Assembly (NCBI GenBank): GCA_040754455.1
Contig: JBFMCP010000003.1
Coordinates: forward strand, 1-64,000
Origin: Nitrospirota bacterium
GTDB taxonomy: Bacteria; Nitrospirota; Thermodesulfovibrionia; Thermodesulfovibrionales; Dissulfurispiraceae
Direction of reading: 5' to 3'
Length of the DNA: 64,000 nucleotides
The first letter of the stretch is position 1. Each line of letters opens with the position of its first letter. The notes beneath the pieces are model-generated. The model saw only the letters and a program-made list of their open reading frames with translations. It made no database searches and was not told where the DNA came from. Below are positions 53,201 through 61,358 of this stretch, one piece after another. Both the position numbers and the translations under genes were made by a program.

Positions 53201-53284
53201 AACAACTTCCGGGATGACATGATCCTGGCGATGATCGATGCGGCAGCCGAGTGTGAACCGGCTGCGGCTTCGGAGAGCAAATAA
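50234..53284 (+). CDS. hdrA: Heterodisulfide reductase subunit A-like, two FAD domains
   Basis: Two GGGxG Rossmann motifs, LDKTFPT, two IQCVGSR modules, VFVCHCG, ferredoxin motifs. Confidence 0.94.
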   Translation: MSTKPSSNKRGSVLIVGGGIGSMQAALDLADSGFKVHLVQKDPSIGGTMVMLDKTFPTGDCAMCMISPKMVEVGRHLNIEIHTLAEVTSVEGEPGNYKAKIKLAPRYVDPDKCTGCGDCEAKCPKKVTSEFEQGLAKRKAIYSLFAQAVPNTRAIDATQCLFLTKGTCKSCQKVCKAGAINYEDKGKEIEVNVGAVILAPGLDRYNATVRGELGLGRWPNVVSSIQFERILSASGPYKGEVKRPSDEKHPHKVAWIQCVGSRDSHNANPWCSSVCCMYATKQAIIAKEHDKRIEPTIFYMEMRAFGKDFDKYVERAKKEYGVRYQRAMISAVREEPGTGNLIMRYAAEDGTLIDETFDMVVLSVGLEPHKNADEFAKTFGIETNAYKFAKTSPLLPVRTSKEGIFVTGTYQGPKDIPETVMQGSAVAGEAMALLGEVRGTETMKKELPPERDVANEEPRIGVFVCHCGINIASTVDIEKVVEEAKRLPGVVYATNTIYACAQDNQEVIKQTIRDQKLNRVVVASCTPRTHEPLFQETIRDAGLNKYLFDLADIREQCSWCHMGKKDEATKKAKQIVKMSVAKSRLQKPIQTDTVGVTPACMIIGGGVAGMTSALALADQGFDVHLVEKENELGGLVRNLHRTLEGSDVQGFLKQRIEAVKSHPRIKVYTGAEVKKTEGFVGNFKTSLTDGSSFDHGTIILATGGVEYEPTEYLYKESDRVITQRELEKKIAAGEAATTSESFVMIQCVGSREEPNQYCSRICCQDAVKNAIAIKEKNPDAQVVILYRDIRTYGLREDYYKKARELGVLFVRYDVDRKPVVEKAGDRLQIKTWDYMLNKELVLDADWAVLSTGLRPHPTTDQVGEMYKVTRNPDGYFLEAHVKLRPVDFPSEGIFVAGLAHAPKNLDETITQALAAAGRAGVVLSHERLAVSGIIAKHRRELCMSCLSCFRVCPFDSPYIAEDGKVSHNEVKCMGCGICAGICPAKAFQVNNFRDDMILAMIDAAAECEPAAASESK

Positions 53285-53338
53285 TAAAATGGTGTTGAAT
53301 GCTGACGGCATTCAGCCTTGATAGAGGAGGATTGAGTA

Positions 53339-53857
53339 ATGAGTAACGTCGCGGAGTCAACGGAACAGGCTGCGGTCTCTTCCATCGAGAAGCCGCACGA
53401 GACGCCGCAGGGATGGGAGCCGAATGTGCTTGCATTCGCCTGTCACTACTGCGCGTTCGCTGCAGCGGATCTGGCCGGGGTCATGAGGCTCTCCTATCCG
53501 TCGAATGTGAAGGTCGTCCGGCTCCCATGCACCGGCAAGCTGGACCATGCCTATGTCCTGCGGGCCTTTGAAAAGGGCGTGGACGGCGTGTTCGTGGCCG
53601 GCTGACTTAAGGGGCAATGTCATTACCTGGAAGGTAATTCATTCGCAGCAAGAAGAATCAAATACATAAAAAATCTACTGGCCAAAGTGGGCATCGATCC
53701 TGCTCGTCTCGAGATGTACAACCTCTCCGCGGCAATGGGACCGAGGTGGGCGGAAATCTGTACGGAGTTTACCGAGAAGATTCGCAAGCTCGGCCCCTCG
53801 CCGGTGAGAGCTGCATTGTGCGGGTACAACGGATCGAAAAGGAGTGAACGGAAATGA
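53339..53857 (+). CDS. mvhD: MvhD (hydrogenase delta-like [2Fe-2S] subunit), selenoprotein
   Basis: FACHYC, LPCTGK, DGVFVAG-U(TGA 53603)-LKGQCHYLEGN; the frame stays open to TGA 53855-53857, overlapping the metV ATG. Confidence 0.92.
53616..53643 (+). promoter_or_regulatory. Putative SECIS element (mvhD)
   Basis: AUUACC-UGGAA-GGUAAU hairpin beginning 16 nt after the UGA, with a lower AAUG/CAUU pairing. Confidence 0.75.
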
Positions 53858-54546
53858 TAGTCGGCACACAGAAGCCTTTTGAAGAAATCTGGGAAATGGT
53901 CAGGGGCACGAAAAGAGTCATGATCCTGGGCTGTAACACCTGCGTAGCGATCTGCCACGCCGGAGGCAGCAAAGAGGCGGAGATCATCGCCTCGATGCTC
54001 AGGATAAAGGCAACCCAGGAAGGCGTTGCCATGGAGGTCAACCACAATGGTATCGAACGGCAGTGCGAGCCCGAGTTCTTCGAGCCGGTCATGGAACAGC
54101 TCAGGTCCCACGATCTCGTGGTCTCCACCGCCTGCGGTGTGGGAGTGAACTTTCTTTCCGAGAGGATCGGCAATGTGCCGGTATATCCCGGCGTCAACAC
54201 CTCGTTCTACGGAGCAGTACCGCAGGCAGGTGTTTTCAAGGAGCTGTGTGCCGGCTGCGGCAACTGCATCCTCCACCTCACCGGCGGGATATGCCCGATC
54301 GCACGCTGCTCGAAATCGCTCATGAACGGGCCCTGCGGCGGCACCAATAACGGCAAATGCGAGATCAGCCAGGAAGTGGATTGCGGCTGGTATCTGATCG
54401 TCGAGAGGATGAAAAAGCTCGGCACGCTGGAGAAGCTGTACGAGGTGCAGCCTCCGAGGAACTGGTCCACGGGGCTCTACGGCGGGCCGCGCCGGGTGGT
54501 GTTGCAGCACATCCAGGATCTCGAAGATCAGGAAGAAAAGAAATAG
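53854..54546 (+). CDS. metV: Methylene-THF reductase small subunit MetV
   Basis: GCNTCVAICHAGG, ERQCE, CAGCGNC, CPIARCSKSLMNGPCGG, CGW. Confidence 0.92.
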   Translation: MIVGTQKPFEEIWEMVRGTKRVMILGCNTCVAICHAGGSKEAEIIASMLRIKATQEGVAMEVNHNGIERQCEPEFFEPVMEQLRSHDLVVSTACGVGVNFLSERIGNVPVYPGVNTSFYGAVPQAGVFKELCAGCGNCILHLTGGICPIARCSKSLMNGPCGGTNNGKCEISQEVDCGWYLIVERMKKLGTLEKLYEVQPPRNWSTGLYGGPRRVVLQHIQDLEDQEEKK

Positions 54547-54565
54547 GGCGGGAGGAAAATAGACA

Positions 54566-55543
54566 ATGAAAAGCGGAAGCAACCTTGAAAGAGTCATTGC
54601 AAGCGGAAAACCTGCGGTAACGGCCGAGCTGGGCCCGCCCATGAGCGCCGACCCGCACGAAGTCATAAAAAAAGCTCGGCTGCTCAAAGGCACCTGTGAT
54701 GCGGCAAACATCACCGATTGCCAGACCGCAGTGGTGCGTATATCGAGCATCGCTGCAGCAGTCATTGCACTGAGAGAGGGTCTCGAGCCGGTCATGCAGA
54801 TGACCTGCCGTGATCGCAACCGGATCGCCATGCAGGCCGACCTGCTCGGCGCAGCAGCTCTGGGCTTGAAAAACTGCCTGTGCATCGCCGGTGACCACCA
54901 GTCCTTCAGCGCAGCAGGAAGACTGAAAGGCCATCCGGGCGCCAAGAACGTCTATGATGTGGATTCCATACAGCTCGTCGGCATTTTAAAGAAGATGCGC
55001 GATGAAGGCCTGCAGGAAGGCGGCGACAAGATCGAGGTGCCTCCCAAGTTCTTCATCGGCGCGGCCTTCACCCCCGGCGGCGAGCCCCTGGACTTCCGCC
55101 CCTACCGTCTGAAAAAGAAGGTGGATGCGGGCGCGGACTTTATCCAGACACAGGGTATCTATGACGTAGAGCAGTTCAAGAAACAGATGGAGATCGTAAG
55201 AAATCTCGGACTCCATGAGCGGACAGCGATCCTCGGCGGCATTATCGTTCCCAAGAGCGCAATGATGCTCAAGTACATGGATTCCTCTGTTGCGGGCGTC
55301 AGCGTTCCTAAGCCTCTGATTGAGCGAATGCTCAAGGCCAAGGAGTCTGCCGGTGACGATAAAAAGAAACAGAAAGAGGCGCAGGAAGCCGAGGGTATCA
55401 AGATCGCCGTCGAGCTGATCCAGCAGGTCCTCGAAATCCCCGGCATCAAAGGCGTACACATCCAGGCAATCGAGTGGGAAAGCGCCATGGAGGGCATCGT
55501 CAAGGCCGCTGGCCTCTGGCCGCGGCCCACTTTTAACGATTAA
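54566..55543 (+). CDS. metF: Methylene-THF reductase MetF
   Basis: TAELGPP, NITD, QMTCRDRNR, KKVDAGADFIQTQ. Confidence 0.94.
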   Translation: MKSGSNLERVIASGKPAVTAELGPPMSADPHEVIKKARLLKGTCDAANITDCQTAVVRISSIAAAVIALREGLEPVMQMTCRDRNRIAMQADLLGAAALGLKNCLCIAGDHQSFSAAGRLKGHPGAKNVYDVDSIQLVGILKKMRDEGLQEGGDKIEVPPKFFIGAAFTPGGEPLDFRPYRLKKKVDAGADFIQTQGIYDVEQFKKQMEIVRNLGLHERTAILGGIIVPKSAMMLKYMDSSVAGVSVPKPLIERMLKAKESAGDDKKKQKEAQEAEGIKIAVELIQQVLEIPGIKGVHIQAIEWESAMEGIVKAAGLWPRPTFND

Positions 55544-55562
55544 TCCCACAGATACTTCAACG

Positions 55563-55592
55563 AGGGCGCTGTCTCGCGGCAGCGCCCTTTTT
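55563..55592 (+). terminator. Rho-independent terminator after metF
   Basis: AGGGCGCTG...CAGCGCCCT followed by a T-run. Confidence 0.85.
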
Positions 55593-55753
55593 ATTTGCCC
55601 GGTAATTTATAAGGCAAACTGCTTAATATATAAAGTAATATACAAGGCTATTTAAGTTCCCCCCGAAAATCGCCGATAAAATGACCGAAGCAGTGATGTG
55701 CGTCACATCAAGGGCTGATGACCTTCGTTTAAGCTTAGCTCACAGGAACAATT

Positions 55754-56965
55754 ATGGCGACAACGTTTAAATGGTCGGGAAAAACATTGCAGGGTGTAGT
55801 AAAGAGCGGTGAAATGGCTGCCAGCAGCAGGGACGAACTCATCTCTTTGCTGAGAAGACAGGGCATCATCCCGACGGTGATAAATGAGAAGAAAGGCGGA
55901 AAAGCAGCCGGAGGGAAAAAGAAAAAGATCACCGATAAAGACCTGGTCGTCTTCACCCGCCAGTTCGCCACGATGTTTACTGCAGGTATCCCTATTGTGC
56001 AAGGTCTGGATATCCTCTCAAAACAGACAGAAAACAGGTCGCTCGGGATTGTTATTGCCGAGATAAAAAATGATGTCGAGACCGGAACCACCCTTGCCGA
56101 TGCGCTGAAAAAACATAAAAAGATCTTCGATGATCTTTATATACACCTGGTAGCTGCCGGTGAAGCGGGCGGTGTGCTCGACAACGTGCTTCTCAGGCTG
56201 GCAGGATATATCGAGAAGGCGATGAAGCTGAAGAAGAAAGTCAAAGGCGCCATGATTTATCCAAGCATCGTTATTTCGGTCGCCGTGCTTGTGATCTCAA
56301 TTATTATGGTTTTTGTTATTCCGATATTTGCAAAAATATTTACTGAAATGGGTGCCAAATTGCCCGCACCGACACAAAGCGTCATATGGCTGAGCAGCTT
56401 TCTTGGCGGCATCGGAGGCGTCATTATACTCCTTGGAATCATTGCGACAATTTTCGGCATCAGACAATACCGTCGGACAGAGGCCGGCAGGAAAAAAACA
56501 GACCGAATCTTTCTTAAGATGCCTATCATAGGCGACCTTTTGAGGAAGGTTGCTGTAGCACGGTTTACACGAACACTGGGAACCCTCCTCAGCAGCGGCG
56601 TGCCCATACTCGATGGTCTCGACATCTGCGCTAAATCTTCAGGGAATAAGGTCGTCGAAGAGGTCGTCTTTGGAGTCAAGAAGGAGGTAGCTTCAGGGAA
56701 AACTGTTGCAGAGCCTCTTTCTAAATCACCCGTCTTCCCTCCCATGGTCTGTCAGATGATCAACGTAGGTGAATCCACCGGTGCACTCGATGCGATGCTT
56801 GTTAAAATAGCTGATTTTTATGATGATGAAGTGGACAACGCCGTAGCCAACCTTACGACCATGCTTGAGCCCATGCTGATGGTATTTTTGGGAACCACTA
56901 TCGGTTATATCGTCATCGCCCTGTATCTGCCTATCTTCAAGATGGGAGAAGTCATAGGGAAGTAA
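55754..56965 (+). CDS. pilC: Type IV pilus platform protein PilC
   Basis: FTRQFATM, AGEAGGVLD, AMIYP, GESTGALD, YLPIFKMG. Confidence 0.95.
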   Translation: MATTFKWSGKTLQGVVKSGEMAASSRDELISLLRRQGIIPTVINEKKGGKAAGGKKKKITDKDLVVFTRQFATMFTAGIPIVQGLDILSKQTENRSLGIVIAEIKNDVETGTTLADALKKHKKIFDDLYIHLVAAGEAGGVLDNVLLRLAGYIEKAMKLKKKVKGAMIYPSIVISVAVLVISIIMVFVIPIFAKIFTEMGAKLPAPTQSVIWLSSFLGGIGGVIILLGIIATIFGIRQYRRTEAGRKKTDRIFLKMPIIGDLLRKVAVARFTRTLGTLLSSGVPILDGLDICAKSSGNKVVEEVVFGVKKEVASGKTVAEPLSKSPVFPPMVCQMINVGESTGALDAMLVKIADFYDDEVDNAVANLTTMLEPMLMVFLGTTIGYIVIALYLPIFKMGEVIGK

Positions 56966-56981
56966 GAATACGTCGTAGTTC

Positions 56982-58325
56982 TTACTTCTCACCTTTATAC
57001 TTTGAGAGCCTATATCTGAACTCCCTGAATGATAGCCCTAAAAGCTCTGCCGCCTTTGTCTTTACACCATTTGCCTTTTCAAGCGCCTTATTAAGAAAGT
57101 CTTTTTCCATAGTACAAAGGTATTCGTTCAGGTTTATTCCCTCATCAGGGAAATCAGTCGAAAAGTGATTCTGTGGTACTGACGGAGGACAGGAAGTACA
57201 CTTAAGCAGTCCATTTTCGGAAAGGATGATCTCCCGCTCTATAATGTTTTTCAGTTCCCTTACATTGCCTCGCAGATCGTGATGCATTATGTAGTCGATA
57301 AAGGCCGGGTCAATCTTCGTTATCTCTTTCTGAAATTTCTTGGAGAGCACCTTTACAAAGTGATCGATGAGCAAAGGGATATCTTCCTTTCTCTCTCTCA
57401 AAGAGGGGAGCCGTATCTCGAAGGTCGAGAGCCGGTAGTACAGGTCCTCTCTGAACTCTCCTTTTGCGGATGACTCATTAAGGGACTTGTTCGTTGCTGC
57501 AACAATCCTTACATCCACATCAATTTCACTGCTGCTGCCGAGGGGGCGTATCCTTTTGTCTTCGAGGAATCGCAACAGTTTTGCCTGGAGTGAAAGCGGC
57601 ATTTCGCCGATTTCATCGAGAAAAAGCGTACCGCTGTTCGCTTCTTCAATAAGGCCCCTTTTGGAGGTATACGCACCGGTAAAGGAACCTTTCGCATACC
57701 CGAACAGCTCACTCTCAAGAAGCTCTGCCGGAAGGCTTGCGCAATTTATTGCGACAAAAGGTTTGTCTGTCCGAACCCCTCTATTATGAATTGCTTTGGC
57801 CACAAGCTCCTTGCCCGTTCCGCTCTCGCCAATTAATAAAACATTGGTGTCGAAGGGCGCTATCTTCTCGATCATGTTAAAGACTCTTTTCATAGCCTCT
57901 GATTTGCCGATAATGCTCTGGTAGGCATCGGCATATTGCTGCAGCTCTCTGACTCTCTTCTGGAGAAGGATCTTCTCTTTGATGTTCTTCAGTACAACTC
58001 TTATTTCATCAAGATTAAAGGGTTTGGTGACGTAATCATATGCTCCGAGCTTCATTGCCGAGATGGCAGTTTCAGTAGAGGCAAAGGCGGTAACAATAAG
58101 TACAATGGTTTCGGGATGCTGTTCTTTTATGACTTTAAGCAGATCTATGCCAGAGCCGTCTCCGAGACGAAGATCTACGATGGCGATGTCAAAGTAGTGC
58201 TGACTGATCAGGCTATTTGCCTCACCGATACCCGAGGCTTCATTAACAACAAGGCCGCTTTCGGAAAGGAGGTGCTGCAATACCTTCCGTATATTCTGTT
58301 CATCATCGACAATGAGCGCACGCAT
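56982..58325 (-). CDS. pilR: Sigma54 response regulator PilR-like
   Basis: REC domain, GESGTGKEL, GSFTGA, LLGLSFREFRYRL HTH; adjacent to pilA. Confidence 0.88.
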   Translation of the reverse strand: MRALIVDDEQNIRKVLQHLLSESGLVVNEASGIGEANSLISQHYFDIAIVDLRLGDGSGIDLLKVIKEQHPETIVLIVTAFASTETAISAMKLGAYDYVTKPFNLDEIRVVLKNIKEKILLQKRVRELQQYADAYQSIIGKSEAMKRVFNMIEKIAPFDTNVLLIGESGTGKELVAKAIHNRGVRTDKPFVAINCASLPAELLESELFGYAKGSFTGAYTSKRGLIEEANSGTLFLDEIGEMPLSLQAKLLRFLEDKRIRPLGSSSEIDVDVRIVAATNKSLNESSAKGEFREDLYYRLSTFEIRLPSLRERKEDIPLLIDHFVKVLSKKFQKEITKIDPAFIDYIMHHDLRGNVRELKNIIEREIILSENGLLKCTSCPPSVPQNHFSTDFPDEGINLNEYLCTMEKDFLNKALEKANGVKTKAAELLGLSFREFRYRLSKYKGEK

Positions 58326-58341
58326 GAGTATCCCTCCTTAT

Positions 58342-59511
58342 TTACTCCATGGGAAACATAATCGAGAACTTTGCTCCGCCGAGCGCGGACTTATCGACCA
58401 TGATAGTGCCGCCAAAGCTGGTGATCATCCTGTAGGCGATCGCAAGTCCCAGACCCGTGCCGGTCGCTTTTGTAGTAACAAAAGGCTCGAATATCTTGTC
58501 CCTCATATCTTCCTCTACGCCTGCCCCATCATCCTCGATATCGATAGCAACCCTCCTCTCACCCCCCCTTGCCGAAGGGGGGAGAGGGGGATTACTCCGT
58601 AGTGTCACTTTTATCTCGGATTTTGCAGCCTCAATGGAGTTCTTTATAACATTCCTTACGGCAACCTCCATGAATGTCCTGTTCGCAGTGATTGCCGCAT
58701 TTTCCTGTATATCAAAGATGATTTTTTTCCCACAGTCCGGAAGGTCGGCTGCATACTTTATAACCTCTGATAAATTCACGCTCTCCTTTGGAGCATCGGA
58801 GGGCCGCGAAAAGAGGAGAAAATCATTCACCAGAGTATTGAGCCGACTCGTCTCTGTGCAGAGCATTTCAACGAAGTCAGCCGCACTTTTGCCCTCCTTC
58901 AGGAATTGGGCGGCTGCTGTTATAGAGGCAAGGGGATTTCTTAACTCATGTGCCAGATCGGCGCTCACACGATAGAGTCGCTCATACCCCTGCATCTTGA
59001 TCCGCTCCTCTTCAAGCCGCTTGATGTACCGCTCCTGGTTCTCCATTCTCGTCTTCAGATAGTCACCGGCAAGCGCAATAAGGGAGAAAGCAAGGAAGTG
59101 CAGCAATATATTTAAAATGCTTTCTCTTTCCAGAATCATATTGCCGATATAGTACGTCGCAGCATAGAGAACGGTTGCACTGAGAGGAAAGAGCACCGTC
59201 TTTTTTGTCTCTATCAGCACCGAGCCGAAGAAAATAGGGAAAAGATAGAGGAGTGTCAGATAGGAATAGATCCCGAAGCTTAAGTACACCATTGCTGAAA
59301 TGAAAACAATGTCCAGGAGAAAGTCAAAATAATTTGCTTTTTCCGACCTGATCATAAGCCTCATGAGAACAATAGCGCAATAAATAATCAGTACATTTCG
59401 CAAGCTTGGATTTGCATAGGGAAGGCCTGCAATTTGAAAGGCAATGAGCAGGGTCAGCGCAAAGATAAATCGTCCGATCTTGTAGTAATTGAAATAAGAT
59501 GCCGAGTACAT
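58342..59511 (-). CDS. pilS: Membrane sensor kinase PilS-like
   Basis: About six TMs, LAHELRNPL, GTGLGL; co-oriented with pilR. Confidence 0.82.
   Translation of the reverse strand: MYSASYFNYYKIGRFIFALTLLIAFQIAGLPYANPSLRNVLIIYCAIVLMRLMIRSEKANYFDFLLDIVFISAMVYLSFGIYSYLTLLYLFPIFFGSVLIETKKTVLFPLSATVLYAATYYIGNMILERESILNILLHFLAFSLIALAGDYLKTRMENQERYIKRLEEERIKMQGYERLYRVSADLAHELRNPLASITAAAQFLKEGKSAADFVEMLCTETSRLNTLVNDFLLFSRPSDAPKESVNLSEVIKYAADLPDCGKKIIFDIQENAAITANRTFMEVAVRNVIKNSIEAAKSEIKVTLRSNPPLPPSARGGERRVAIDIEDDGAGVEEDMRDKIFEPFVTTKATGTGLGLAIAYRMITSFGGTIMVDKSALGGAKFSIMFPME
58551..58593. repeat. GC-rich palindromic REP-like element in frame within pilS
   Basis: CCTCTCACCCCCCCTT-GCCG-AAGGGGGGAGAGG, encoding NPPLPPSARGGERR. 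Confidence 0.65.
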
Positions 59512-59527
59512 TTGGCCATTAGTCTAA

Positions 59528-59554
59528 GTTTATTGACAATTTTTGTCAATAAAC
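59528..59554. promoter_or_regulatory. Palindromic putative PilR enhancer site
   Basis: GTTTATTGACAA-TTT-TTGTCAATAAAC; a second half-site TTGTCA lies near 59567. Confidence 0.6.
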
Positions 59555-59643
59555 TGGTGCCCATAATTGTCAAACAGCACATCTTAGGCAGAACCTGAAA
59601 AAATATTTAGTTAAATTACAGAAACTTACTTAACCAAACATTC

Positions 59644-59659
59644 TGGCACAGAACATGCT
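59644..59659 (+). promoter_or_regulatory. Sigma54 promoter of pilA
   Basis: TGGCACAGAACATGCT = GG-N10-GC. Confidence 0.8.
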
Positions 59660-59757
59660 TTTAAAGAAGTGCTTGTGAACGCCGATAAAAAGTGGTGCTT
59701 CATGAGCGTATCGATCACCCGCCCTTGGCGGATACAGTGGGAAAAAGGAGGAATAAT

Positions 59758-60180
59758 ATGTTTAAGACTATTCACAAAATGCAGAGGGGAGACGAAAGAG
59801 GTTTCACGCTCGTCGAACTGCTCATCGTCATCGCAATCATTGCAATCCTCGCAGCGATCGCAATCCCGCAGTTTGCACAGTATCGGCAGAGAGGGATACG
59901 TGCAAGCATGGTATCTGATGCAAGAAACTGCGCTACAAACCTTGAGGCTTACTTCTCCGATAACCAAACCTATGCCGGTGCCGTAGTTGCAACTCAGTGT
60001 CCAGGCGTTAGTGGTAATAATGTTATTGCCCTGCCTACACTTACCGCAACTACTTATGCTATTACTGTTACCAATGCCGCTGCTGGTGCATTTAGCCCTG
60101 TCACATTAACAAATGATGCTAATGGAGATGGCACTGCTGGTGATGCAGGCTGTACTTGGGCTAATGGTCAAGCATGCTAA
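59758..60180 (+). CDS. pilA: Type IVa major pilin
   Basis: ERG|FTLVELLIVIAIIAILAAIAIPQF; strong SD; terminator follows. Confidence 0.95.
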   Translation: MFKTIHKMQRGDERGFTLVELLIVIAIIAILAAIAIPQFAQYRQRGIRASMVSDARNCATNLEAYFSDNQTYAGAVVATQCPGVSGNNVIALPTLTATTYAITVTNAAAGAFSPVTLTNDANGDGTAGDAGCTWANGQAC

Positions 60181-60198
60181 TCGCAGTAAAATAGTTTA

Positions 60199-60229
60199 TA
60201 AAAAGGGGCGCAACATGCGCCCCTTTTTT
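60199..60229 (+). terminator. Rho-independent terminator after pilA
   Basis: AAAAGGGGCGCA-ACA-TGCGCCCCTTTTT. Confidence 0.9.
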
Positions 60230-60397
60230 AATAGTAACAATTCAAAATACTACAATCCATTGCAGTACTGTGCAACAGATTTCATATTTTGTGTAATAGA
60301 TTACACAATGTGTCATCATGAATTGAAAGACACCCTTGAAAGTTCGTCCCAAAAAAAACATCCCCTGTTGGCATCTTACTTGCTATTTCCTTAGGTA

Positions 60398-60913
60398 ATG
60401 AAAAGGTCTATGAAACAAGAGAGACAAGATGGCTTTTCACTCGTTGAAGTCCTTATAACTATCGCAATTATCACCATTGTGCTAACAATCGCAATTCCTT
60501 CCTTCCAGGGGTATGCTATCAATAGAAATTTGAAGGCTGCAGCACGGAGTATCGAAAGCGACATTTTCGAGCTCAAAGAACGGGCGATAGCTGAAAACAG
60601 ACAATATAGAATGACCTTCACTGTCGGCACCGGCACCTATACCATTGATCAATGCACGGTGACAGGGTCTAGCTGTCCGGCCTGGCAGGCGCCTGTAGGC
60701 ATTCAGCAGAATAAAACACTCGCTTCTTTTGACAATAGTATAAACATTACCAGCGCAGCTTTTGCCGGCGGGGGCCCCACCGTCCTATTTCAAACAAGGG
60801 GGACCGTTAACGGGACTGGAGGAAGCGTTACTATTACCAACAGTCGTGGATCAAGCGCGGTGATAGCGGTCAATATTACAGGGAGGGCAAGTGTCAGGTT
60901 CGATCTGCAATAA
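60398..60913 (+). CDS. FimT/FimU-family minor pilin
   Basis: DG|FSLVEVL, IAIPSF, FQTRG, VNITGR. Confidence 0.85.
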   Translation: MKRSMKQERQDGFSLVEVLITIAIITIVLTIAIPSFQGYAINRNLKAAARSIESDIFELKERAIAENRQYRMTFTVGTGTYTIDQCTVTGSSCPAWQAPVGIQQNKTLASFDNSINITSAAFAGGGPTVLFQTRGTVNGTGGSVTITNSRGSSAVIAVNITGRASVRFDLQ

Positions 60914-61346
60914 AAAAGGCCTCAGCATGATCGAGGTGCTCATTGCGCTGTTCCTCACCATGATCGGCGTGATGGCGCTCATCAGCATGCAGCCGCAGGG
61001 CTGGCTTCTTGCCGGAAAGTCCGATTATTTAGGCAGGGCATCCGAGCTCTTAATCAAGGAGCTCCAGAGAAATGAAACACTCATAATGAATCCTTGCAAT
61101 GCGGTTGCGGCAGGGACAACGAATCAGATCAGGTTTGCCAGCGGTCAGGCTGCTGCACAGCCTGGAGACGCGCAATTTAATGTGCAGACAACTATTGCTC
61201 CTTCGGCAATTACGGCGAACGCCTGGAATGTAACGGTAACCGTCACGTGGACCGGCAACCCCGTCGGCATCACTGAAAGCCTTGTAGTGACACGGCAGGA
61301 TGCCTATTGCCAGGGGTGCTCGATGGGCACTCCCTATTGTCCATAA
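60891..61346 (+). CDS. pilV: Minor pilin PilV-like
   Basis: KKG|LSMIEVLIAL, VTVTVTW. Confidence 0.82.
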   Translation: MSGSICNKKGLSMIEVLIALFLTMIGVMALISMQPQGWLLAGKSDYLGRASELLIKELQRNETLIMNPCNAVAAGTTNQIRFASGQAAAQPGDAQFNVQTTIAPSAITANAWNVTVTVTWTGNPVGITESLVVTRQDAYCQGCSMGTPYCP

Positions 61347-61358
61347 AAAGGACCTGTT

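Noticed and set aside
51050..54945. Long antisense ORFs (473 aa, 440 aa and similar ones elsewhere)
   Set aside because: Shadow frames opposite well-supported GC-rich genes, with no recognisable motifs.
55612..55650. c-di-GMP-I riboswitch (GGCAAAC) upstream of pilC
   Set aside because: No GNRA-capped P2 and no GCAAAG/P3 elements follow.
55690..55730. Fluoride riboswitch-like words (GTGATG...CAC...GCTGATGAC)
   Set aside because: The pseudoknot halves are not complementary, and the downstream gene (pilC) is not fluoride-related.
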